A stretch of 64,000 bases of DNA from Macrostomum lignano (taxonomy: Eukaryota): NCBI GenBank assembly GCA_002269645.1, contig NIVC01002024.1, forward strand, positions 88,158 to 152,157, read 5' to 3'. The notes under the pieces were generated by a model, which saw only the letters and a program-made list of their open reading frames with translations, ran no database searches and was not told the origin of the DNA. Position 1 is the stretch's first letter, and each line of letters starts with the position of its first letter. Shown in pieces: positions 49,641-60,283 of the stretch. Position numbers and translations under genes: made by a program.

Positions 49641-50199
49641 TGATCCTGGCTGAATCGCATTCCATCTTACTGGGAATGACAGTGTCAGTATACACTGCAA
49701 GCACATGCACCACTAGCTACAGCACATACTGTGTGCAAGGATAAAACTGGGAAAAAACTGGGTGAGCCTGTCACATTCCATTTATTGATATTATTAGCAT
49801 CCATCGCCGAGTTTGGGAAGAATCCCCATTAATCCCAGATTGATTGGGAGCTACCAAGGCTGCTGTCTGCGCATGTAATTCCTAAAGCTGTATTATGCAG
49901 TTACAGTGTACTAAGGCTTTATTAAACACTATCTACATACATGCATACTGATTGACTCCGCGTGGCGCAGTGTTGCGCTGCATATATGCATTGCAGCTAA
50001 CAGTGATGCAGTGGAAAATACGAGCAGGCGAATAGGCAGTCGTGAGACCTGGCTTAAAAGTACATTGTAATTAGCAAATACTCGTACTATTAACGTACTG
50101 ACGAAGATTAGAAGATAAAAATATTGTAAAATGCGTTTCTTCTACTGCACTCTCCGCTTAGACAGTAGTCAGCTTAGACTAAGGTTCAGTGAGTTCAGC

Positions 50200-50640
50200 A
50201 ATTAAACTCGGTTTCTACTTTTTGTACTTTGTACGCCATCTGGTTGGTCCTGGCTCTGCCAGCTGGTTCCGAATGGTTGGCTGCAGGGCTAGTTAAGCTT
50301 CCCTCATTTAGTTTTTCTGCCCCGGTGGAGCCAGTTGATTGGCTGTGGGGGGGGGCGCTGGGGCATCTCCCTCTCTCTCTGCCTACCTCATCTTCGCTCC
50401 AGCCTATTGGCTCTGCCCAGAACAGCTTGCCGATTGGCTGGGGCCGGGGCATCCCCCCTCCTCTCCCCCAGACTCCCCTTCGCTTCAGCCTATTGGCTCT
50501 GCCGATTGGTGTCAGCTGCTACCCTCTTTGCTCTCTCCTCGTTCTTGGTTATTTATTGAATGTTTTTGCTCTTCTAGCTACTCGTAAAACGGTATAAAAC
50601 TACATGTATGATTACTGCGAAGATTCAGCTGATTGCGCAG
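50200..50640 (+). promoter_or_regulatory. Putative promoter and first exon of the calmodulin-like gene
   Basis: At least five reverse CCAAT boxes (ATTGG) 50335-50510; TATAAAA at 50593; donor CAG|GTCAGA at 50641 with acceptor TTCTTTGTTTCAG at 50688 (48-nt intron). Confidence 0.5.
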
Positions 50641-50702
50641 GTCAGAAGACATGAAATTCCAGTGCTGTCTCTGTGTTCTTTGTTTCAGGGATTGCCAATA
50701 TA

Positions 50703-51297
50703 TACTGTCCGTCAAAAGTTCCGGAACCCTTGCTACGATGTCTTCTAGCGGACATAATTTCAGTCCGTTTCAATTGTAACTTGATTCAAATGAAAGCTGC
50801 GGATCTCAGCTCCATGATGTGGTCAAGAAAAAGTTTATTCGAATGAGCGCGTGTGAACAGGCCAGTGTTATGTACATAAAGGTTAGAGAAAAAAAGTGAG
50901 GAAAAGACAAACAAGCAATTGTCTATGGTTGCTGAGTCTATGGAGCAAACACACATTGGAAGGAATCGGTTTGCGCGCAGTGTTCAGCCTGGCTAACATT
51001 AGTCTATGGCCAAAACTTGTGTTGAAATCAACAGCTCTTATGGATTCTTGTGCAGTCAGCTTTCATGGGAGAGTAAAAAACAATTGCTTGTTTGTCTTTT
51101 CCTCACTTTTTCTCTAACCTTTATGTACATAACACTGGCCTGTTCACACGCGCTCCTTCGAATAAACTTTTTCTTGACCACATCATGGAGCTGAGATCCG
51201 CAGCTTTCATTTGAATCAAGTTACAATTGAAACGGACTGAAATTATGTCCGCTAGAAGACATCGTAGCAAGGGTTCCGGAACTTTTGACGGACAGTA
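50703..51297. mobile_element. Tc1/mariner-type MITE, about 595 bp with roughly 225-bp TIRs and a TA target duplication
   Basis: TA|TACTGTCCGTCAAAAGTTCCGGAAC ... GTTCCGGAACTTTTGACGGACAGTA|TA; arms nearly identical. Confidence 0.92.
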
Positions 51298-51878
51298 TAC
51301 CAACTACTTTACTATACATGCAGTACCAGTAGGATAGGCCACGTCCTCAGTTCTTAAAGCTAATTATACGATATAACAGACCCGAGCTGTCAAAGAAGAT
51401 AGAAGATCCTTTGTGAATTATATACATATATCCTATTATCCTGAGCTTTGTCTTCAGGTGAGCATAGACAATCCAAAGCTATGCTCAGTCAATCGTGTTA
51501 ACAAGTTGCAGCGGGCCAGTTGTTAGACACTGCATAGTAGCTGCACTCTTTACGGCTATTGTTGAGCAAATTCTCTTTAATGTATGTAGCTTCCGCTCCA
51601 CTTCTTCCCAATCGCTTTTTTTCTTTTTCAACTTTTTCCTCATCTTCAAGAGCTGAGTTGCAAAGCTCCGCGTCAATGGGGGGGGAGGCGTTGAGTAACT
51701 CATTGTCTAATTGCAGTCCAACAGAAAAGTTTAGTGCCACATGCAGCTAGCTATATACTGTGCCATCCTTTTCCATCCCTGTGTCATCAAGCAGCATATA
51801 AAGGAGAAAATTTCAGTACCTACAGAGCTGTCCGCAGTAGGAACCACCTACTTACTAAAATATACAGAAGATTAAGCA

Positions 51879-53618
51879 ATGTCTGGCAGCGCCGCAACAA
51901 CTGACAGTTTGACTGAGGAACAGATTGAAGAATTTCGCGAGGCCTTCTCTTTGTTTGACAAGGACGGCGACGGGACGATCACTAATAAAGAGCTGGCGTC
52001 CGTGATGCGAGCGCTGGGCCAGAATCCTACGCAGGAGGAGTTGAAGGTATGGGCATAGGCTTAGTGCTACATGTGTCTCGTATCATATCGGATTTTGTAG
52101 CTATATGAATGCTTTATAGGTGTAGAAGGCATTATTTGTGTCTCTAAATACACGGGAAAAAATATGTAGCCTACGGCAATTACTGTAGATCTAGAATTGG
52201 CGCTAATATATATGGCCTTCAGCATTGAGAATTGGCGCTATATATGGCCTTCAGCATTGAGAATTGGCGCTAATATCTATAGCCTTACAGCATTGAGAAT
52301 TGGCGCTAATATCTATAGCCTTCAGCACTGAGAATTGGCGCTAATATCTATGGCCTTACAGCATTGAGAATTGGCGCTAATATCTATAGCCTTCAGCACT
52401 GAGAATTGGCGCTAATATCTATAGCCTTCAGCACTGAGAATTGGCGCTAATATCTATGGCCTTACAGCATTGAGAATTGGCGTTAATATCTATAGCCTTA
52501 CAGCATTGAGAATTGGCGCTAATATCTATAGCCTTTCAGCATTGAGAATTGGCGCTAATATCTATAGCTTTACAGCATTGAGAATTGGGCTAATATCTAT
52601 AGCCTTCAGCACTGAGAATTGGCGCTAATATCTATAGCCTTCAGCACTGAGAATTGGCGCTAATATCTATGGCCTTACAGCATTGAGAATTGGCGCTAAT
52701 ATCTATAGCCTTTCAGCATTGAGAATTGGCGCTAATATCTATAGCCTTTCAGCATTGAGAATTGGCGCTAATATCTATAGCTTTACAGCATTGAGAATTG
52801 GGCTAATATCTATAGCCTTCAGCACTGAGAATTGGCGCTAATATCTATGGCCTTCAGCACTGAGAATTGACGCTAATATCTATAGCCTTCAGCATTGAGA
52901 ATTGTTGCTAATATCTATGGCCTTCAGCACAGAGAATTGGCGCTAATATCTATGGCCTACAGCATTGAGAATTGGCGCTAATATTTCTAGCCTTCAGCAC
53001 TGAGAATTGGCGCTAATATTTCTAGCCTTCAGCACTGAGAATTGGCGCTAATATCTATGGCCTACAGCATACAGATATTAGCGCCAATTCTCATGATGCT
53101 GAAGGCTACACATTGTCGGCTGATTTTCCATGCTGGAATCAGGGACTACTTAAACTTGGCGCTAGTTTAAGTATAGTCCTTGGCTGGTATGGCAATATTC
53201 TTCGCTCCTAGAAAATGTTTTCTAAGAAACAGAATTCCTTGATTCGAATGCACAACACTCAGTAAGTAAACTTCTGAACTTTAAATGTCTCCAGGAGATG
53301 ATCAAGGAAGTGGATCAAGACGGCTCTGGGAGCATCGAGTTTGACGAATTTCTCTACATGATGCGCACGCAGATGCACAGCGTCGATTCAGACGATGAGG
53401 TTCGCCAAGCGTTCAGACTATTCGACGCAGATGGAGACGGCTATTTGAGCGCCGGCGAGCTGCGCCAAGTGATGCTGAATTTTGGCGAACGGCTCACCAT
53501 TGAAGAGGCCGAAGCGATGGTGGCGGAGGCTGACACGGACTTGGACGGCTTGGTTAGCTACGAAGAATTCGCCAAAGTTATGGGAATTGGAGCGGAACAT
53601 TCTGAAGACGATTATTGA
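51879..53618 (+). CDS. Calmodulin-like protein, 163 aa, four EF-hands
   Basis: Exons 51879-52046 and 53295-53618 (phase 0). Loops [36 protein letters not shown] and [12 protein letters not shown]. Too diverged in the C-lobe to be canonical calmodulin. Confidence 0.93.
52190..53110. repeat. 35-36 bp intronic minisatellite GAGAATTGGCGCTAATATCTATAGCCTTCAGCACT ending in one inverted unit
   Basis: About 25 copies; the inverted unit lies at about 53073-53108. Confidence 0.92.
53140..53182. mobile_element. 43-bp imperfect palindrome with an 8-bp TSD (hAT-like mini-element)
   Basis: CAGGGACTACTTAAACT...AGTTTAAGTATAGTCCTTG flanked by GCTGGAAT and GCTGGTAT (7/8 match). Confidence 0.72.
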
Positions 53619-53744
53619 CAGTTCGATTTGCACTGTTTGGTTTAGGCTCATCCCAGGCAGATTTTTAGCTGCCTAATTTGAAATGCTTTCCGTTCAGACC
53701 AATTCTCTATCGATTCTGCGAGATTTCTTATCTGACCACTCTTT

Positions 53745-55020
53745 CATGCCGAGTTTTCCCTGTCGATTTCCCCAGATGCCAAGTTTTCCCTGTCGATTCC
53801 CAGGTGCCGAGTTTTCCCTGTCGATTTCCCAAAGATGCCGAGTTTTCCGTGTCGATTTCCCAAAGATGCCGAGTTTTCCCTGTCGATTTCCCCAGATGCC
53901 GAGTTTTCCCTGTCGATTTCCCCAGGTGCCGAGTTTTCCCTGTCGATTTCCCCAGATACCGAGTTTTCCCTGTCGATTTCCCAAAGATGCCGAGTTTTCC
54001 CTGTCGATTCCCAGATGCCGAGTTTTCCCTGTCGATTTCCCCAGATGCCGAGTTTTCCCTGTCAATTACCCCAGATGCCGAGTTTTCCCCGTCGATTTCC
54101 CAAAGATGCCGAGTTTTCCGTGTCGATTTCCCAAAGATGCCGAGTTTTCCCTGTCGATTTCCCCAGATGCCGAGTTTTCCCTGTCGATTCCCAGATGCCG
54201 AGTTTTCCCTGTCGATTTCCCCAGGTGCCGAGTTTTCCCTGTCGATTTCCCAAAGATGCCGAGTTTTCCCTGTCGATTCCTAGATGCCGAGTTTTTCCTG
54301 TCGATTTCCCCAGGTGCCGAGTTTTCCCTGTCGATTTCCCAAAGATGCCGAGTTTTCCCTGTCGATTCCCAGATGCCGAGTTTTCCCTGTCGATTCCCAG
54401 ATGCCGAGTTTTCCCTGTCGATTCCTAGATGCCGAGTTTTCCCTGTCGATTTCCCCAGGTGCCGAGTTTTCCCTGTCGATTTCCCAAAGATGCCGAGTTT
54501 TCCCTGTCGATTCCCAGATGCCGAGTTTTCCGTGTCAATTACCCCAGATGCCGAGTTTTCCCCGTCGATTTCCCAAAGATGCCGAGTTTTCCGTGTCGAT
54601 TTCCCAAAGATGCCGAGTTTTCCCTGTCGATTCCCAGATGCCGAGTTTTCCGTGTCAATTACCCCAGATGCCGAGTTTTCCCCGTCGATTTCCCAAAGAT
54701 GCCGAGTTTTCCGTGTCGATTTCCCAAAGATGCCGAGTTTTCCCTGTCGATTTCCCCAGATGCCGAGTTTTCCCTGTCGATTCCCAGATGCCGAGTTTTC
54801 CCTGTCGATTTCCCCAGGTGCCGAGTTTTCCCTGTCGATTTCCCCAGGTGCCGAGTTTTCCCTGTCGATTTCCCAAAGATGCCGGGTTTTCCCTGTCGAT
54901 TTCCCCTTGCCGAGATTTCCCTGTCGATTTCTCCTGTTGATGGTTTCCCCTTGCCGAGTTTTCCTTGTCGATTTCCCCAGATGCCGAGATTTCCTTGTCG
55001 ATTCCTCTCCGTGTCGAGTT
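53745..55020. repeat. 23-25 bp minisatellite GATGCCGAGTTTTCCCTGTCGATTTCCC(C/AA)A
   Basis: About 50 copies downstream of the calmodulin-like stop. Confidence 0.92.
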
Positions 55021-55447
55021 CTCCCTCTCCAAATATTTCGTCAAGATTTCCCTTCTACTCGTAATCCTTCGGATCTCCAATTCAAAAAACTATTTAGATG
55101 TTTTCTACTACTTCAATACTTTTAAAGTGCACTGGCTGATATCTCTTTCTTGTTTTCAAATGTTTTCGAATACTCGTATTGAGTTATTTATAGCTCGTAG
55201 CATCAGCTCAAGAAGTGTACCGGTATGTTTGTTTTCAACTAAAAAAAGAATTGTGAGCGACTGATATGGTGCGTGTTGGAATACTTCATAGAAGTTATAA
55301 TTTCTCGATAAGCAAATTGTGGATAAACGAGTAGGATATATTGAGATAAATTTTTAAAAAAGCACGAATATTTACAAACAAGAGTTGAAGTTTGTTTATC
55401 GCATGCACAAGTTAGCGGAATTTTGAATCGTTTTTGCTTCTGACTGA

Positions 55448-57578
55448 TTATACGGGTGCCGATGATAAATTTCTATTGGGAGCGCAGGCACAGTCCTCAA
55501 TTTTTCTGTTACAGGTATGGCAATTACCGCCTGGATCTCTCGTGGGTGGCTGACGGTAGTTGGAATACCGACGACGGCGTAAGCAGGTGATGGTTACTAC
55601 ACCGACGCACACTAACGCAACTAGAATGGTTCCTAGTACAATAGCTGCAATTGCACTACCTGTGAGAGTCTCGGCTGTAGCTGGCTGATAAACTGGTGTT
55701 GTAGCAGGTGTTGAAGGACTAAAATTGGAATTTTAAAACACTGACGCTAAAAATAGAACGAGCTCAATTCGATCTGAGAGACTGGCCCAGCAACTGAAGA
55801 TCTGAGAGGCTGGGCCAGCAACTGAGGATCTGGGAGGCTGGCCCAGCTACTGAGGATCTGGGAGGCTGGCCCAGCTACTGAGGATCTGGGAGGCTGGCCC
55901 AGCTACTGAGGATCTGGGAGGCTGGCCCAGCAACTGAGGATCTGGGAGGCTGGCCCAGCTACTGAGGATCTGGGAGGCTGGCCCAGCTACTGAGGATCTG
56001 GGAGGCTGGCCCAGCAACTGAGGATCTGGGAGGCTGGCCCAGCAACTGAGGATCTGGGAGGCTGGCCCAGCAACTGAAGATCTGAGAGGCTGGCCCAGCA
56101 ACTGAGGATCTGGGAGGCTGGCCCAGCAACTGAGGATCTGGGAGGCTGGCCCAGCTACTGAGGATCTGGGAGGCTGGCCCAGCAACTGAGGATCTGGGAG
56201 GCTGGCCCAGCAACTGGGATCTGGGAGGCTGGCCCAGCAACTGAGGATCTGGGAGGCTGGCCCAGCAACTAACAATATGGGAGGCTGGCCCAGCAACTGA
56301 GGGTTAAGGAACATGTCAGTGGATGCGCATGTACATAAGTCCAGACTGAAGTATCTAAGGGATTCAGCACAGGCCACAAGGATCACATGGATTGGATTTT
56401 TTTATAATCCAACCAGAAATAATTCCAAATGCATTCAGCTACCACAAAGCATACCTAGCGGTGCTGGTGATGCCTTGCGCAGCCTGACACCAGTTATAGT
56501 TCAAAGACAGACAAGTGCGCAGTTCCCCGAGGCCAGGGCAGGGTACACAAATGCAGGCGGAATCAGCGTAGTGGCCTGGTCGACAAGTTGGCGAAGGACT
56601 TGAGCTGCAGACAGAGGCTGAGCAGTCTACTGTGGATTGAATAGGTAGGCAATAAATTATATTAGATAACAGTACTAGATGTAAACTATTAACTATTATG
56701 GTTTATATTACTTATACAGCCAGTGCTTTAGCATACAAAGTCCTTTGTATGAAAATTCAATGCATTGTTAAGTGCTCAAAATTAGTATAACTACTACTGA
56801 ACTATTACTACAAAGATGAGTTTTCCCTGACAATTTTGTTGCGCACCTTCTCATGAAAGAATCAAGTAGCCAGTCCTCCAGATTGTCAGAATATCCAATG
56901 GTTCTGCTAGAAGGTCAGATTTTTCCATATGTGCTAGTACATTCAATACAACTCCCAGGAGCTAGCCAATCAGCACCACGCCTCAGTATGGCCTTGTATA
57001 AGCCTCCAAATGGCAAAAATGTGCCCATGTCATCTCTGACTTCAGTCTCAGACAAACCACCAGTCATCACCCACGCTGAGCTTCTGAATCTTACAGTGAA
57101 TATCCCTGTTTTGTTATCCTCATGGAAATGGTTGGCATATGCATGTAGTTGGCAATGATACTAAGTGCCTTCTATGGGATCTGGGCCTCAGGCTCTCACT
57201 CCTGCAGAGGATGGATCATTGGCCTTTACCTAGCTTGGTGCCATTGTACTGGCATTGCCAATGGTGAGTGCTAAAGAAGAAAAAAAGCAATCATTGACAC
57301 TTTCTCTTATAGTAGCCTCTTGTTTATCCAGTCATTGCTACATATATATATCTTACTCTGCTTTCCTATTCTGATTGAATCTTTTTAAATCTCATATTGA
57401 GAATTGCCTACAGACAAATTGCCTACATATATATACAAATTATGCCCAACTTGTAAGGTTGAATAGTTATATGACAAAAAACAAATATTAATGCTTACTA
57501 ATATGCTATGCCATTGCAGACAACATTGTATGTGGCATAACAACCAACCCAGTGGTTAGAAAAATTGGGGCATACCCT
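55448..57578 (-). CDS. Cys-rich type I membrane protein with a TNFR-like CRD; 5' end not located
   Basis: Phase-consistent exons 57578-57499, 57270-57230, 56629-56455 and 55718-55448 give RVCPNFSNHWVGCYATYNVVCNGIAYYTHHWQCQYNGTKLVDCSASVC...TCRPGHYADSACICVPCPGLGELRTCLSLNYNWC, a Pro/Thr stalk, TM AIAAIVLGTILVALVCVGVVTITCL, RRRR, and a tail containing CHTCNRKIEDCAC. The most 5' exon has a weak acceptor. Confidence 0.72.
55780..56305. repeat. 28-bp minisatellite, second locus
   Basis: About 18 copies; same unit as 15580-16040. Confidence 0.92.
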
Positions 57579-60283
57579 CTAGGCCGGCGCCCAGCGGCCC
57601 TCAAGGGTACGCCCCATCCCGCAAGATAAAAGTTTGTAGTTTTTCTTCTTTGTACGTATGAAATATTTTTGTGAGGAAATTATGTAAAAAGCAGAATTTT
57701 AAAAGTTGATTTTTTTAGTTTCGGGTGCTTTTGTGCTTGTACCTGGCAGTACGCCTTTCAGTACATGTAGTGGACAGTGGGGCAAACTATTGATATCCTT
57801 ATTAATTTTTTTTCTTGTATAGTGAGCTCACTGCTCACTATTAATTTGCATTGACCAATCCTCATACTACAGCTAACTTGAACTTTTAACCCTTTGAGCA
57901 GCCATCTCTGAAAAAATTGCTGCAAGCTCCAAAGTGGGGTATAGGCAACTCGTGCAAATTTTTCTGAGTTTCATACACTTTAGAAATTGGATGTAAAAGC
58001 AAAAGTGTGCATTTTAGCCTACCTACTTATAAGTAATACCTTTCGATCTTCGAAATCAATGCAACAAAAAATATATTTTTAATACTCCACTACTTAAGCA
58101 CTAGCGCATGTACAATGTTACTTGTATTCTTAAGTTTTCATTTAGATGAGTCCAATTTGGTGGTCAATTCAGGATTTTTCAAGTAGTGGGGCAGATTTGC
58201 CCAAATTTTTGTTTTGGCCTAAAAAGCCAAAGTTTGCCAAGGTTTGCCAAGCTCAAAATTTACCCCCTTATATGCAAGTCCAGCCATGGCAAAGGGGGCG
58301 GCCGCCCGGTCTACTAGCTACATATACAAGTACATTTGACCGCCACAATTTGATCGCCATTCTATTCAAGGTGAAATAGGGCGGCGGGCAAATTGTGGCG
58401 GTCTCCACTGTCGAGTTATTTTAACCTAGAGGTGACACAGCTAATTTTGGCCAATTCATTTCAGTTGGGGTGGGGGTTAGAAGAAAGTGTGACGTTGCCA
58501 GTTTAAAGTGGTCCCGCAAAAGGGCCGTTGGACTGCAGCTCCTCTACAATTTCTCCAATCGTTTATTTTAACGTTTACTTGTAGTAGTGCCCAACGAATC
58601 TGTGCCTATCGCGAAATCACTGCGTACTTTGCTATCCTTTCATGCGACCGTAGAAAACTTGCACGATCGATAATTTTAAGTTCTTTAGCCAGCCAATGAA
58701 AACCACTCGTGCTTCGCGCTACCCCTCTGCGCTCCTTTATTAACCCCCGCCACGGCTGGCTGGGGGCCTCCTCACTCTTCTCCTTAGGCTTGTGTTTCCT
58801 GTCTAGGCTGTCTGGCTTGCGGCGTCTGACTCTTGTTTTCCTTCTCTCTCCTGGCTGCCTCGAGCCTCCTTATCTCTCGCCACGGCTAACGCCAATCTCG
58901 CCACTACTCATCTGCCCGCCTACTGCTGCTCACTGCCTTCACTGTGCTCATCGCCATCGTTCACCACGTTGCGTCGCCATTGTATCCTTCATCTGTCACT
59001 GACTTCATATTCTATTGCATTCAAAACCATTGTTGCAGCCTTGAACGTTCAAAACCATTGAACGCTATAAGCTTGTATTGACATTAATAACCAATTCTAA
59101 TATTGATCTCGACAATAAGACAACTACGGCAGTTTCCTGCCTTTATAAGCCAAGTGCTCCGCTACACAATCCGCTTTGCAAGAATTGACTTCGATTCATT
59201 TTGGGACTACGACTTACTGCAACTCTCGTCAAAACGGCCCTTTTAAGGGTCATAGCTATAGCCACTACGTCAATAACGTGACAAAAGGCTAGAGAAGTGA
59301 TATGGGAATTTCTACGTTGTACCGTTCTTGCCTGCTTAAGCGAATCTATGCGAAACAAACAAACTGTCCTGACTCCTGACTCCTTATCAGTGCAGGTCAT
59401 CAAGTTTTTTCTATTCCCATATTGCACCAAAGATAAAGGAAGAACAAAGACGAATTTTGTGCAAGGCTTGACAAGGTCTGAACTATATATATGTATATTT
59501 TATAAGTTACAACCTAGCATAAACACATAAATACTTTGATACGGAAAGTATTGATTCGATCTAACCTAAAATAGGTGCCAGCAAAAGAAATAAAATATTC
59601 ATAGCATTTTATACGTGCTTAAAAGTAAAACCAGATGGAAACAGATGGAAATTGCAGTTGTGCAGCTAGTTGATTATTATCAATGGATAAGTAGAATATT
59701 ACAAAAAATCTGTTGGCTTGAATTGGAGGTAGGAATACTATATACAATACCATTAGTATTTCATATACTGGGGTTTAAGAAAATAAATCCCCATTTCAGC
59801 CACCCACAGCAGCATCCCCTCCCACTAAGTTTCCAGCCCCTCCACCCCTCCTACACAGTTTTGAGCTAAATTACCCCTCCGGCTTCTATAACACTGAATT
59901 TTAAGCTGTACCTAATTCTAAGGTTCAAGAATGTAAACAATAAAGATAGAAGCAATATAATCAGTCTCTTAAATAACTCCAGTTCATGAATGACCGATCG
60001 CCAGCTTGTAGTAAACTCATGAAACTGCAGATCCTAAAAGTAAAGATAAAATGGCAGTTTGCGATCGAGTATGCATCGTAATATACTAATATTTAACTCA
60101 TAATCCACAATCATGTCTGCGTGTTGAAGCTGAGAACATATTCAGGAAGAAATTGCAGAATTGCAGAATACAGGGAATACGAGAATCGAGATAGAAGGAA
60201 ATCGGATTGATATAAAAAACCAGAGAAAGATATTTTTAGTACTCACTTGCAACTCATGCGTCCTACATCAGGCCTCCTTGGAG

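Noticed and set aside
51498-51740. 80-aa minus ORF with a charged stretch
   Set aside because: GTG start, no splice support, lies in the predicted 5' intron of the calmodulin-like gene.
55514-55590. Plus-strand exon YGNYRLDLSWVADGSWNTDDG with good splice signals
   Set aside because: Overlaps the much more coherent minus-strand TM exon and has no partner exons.
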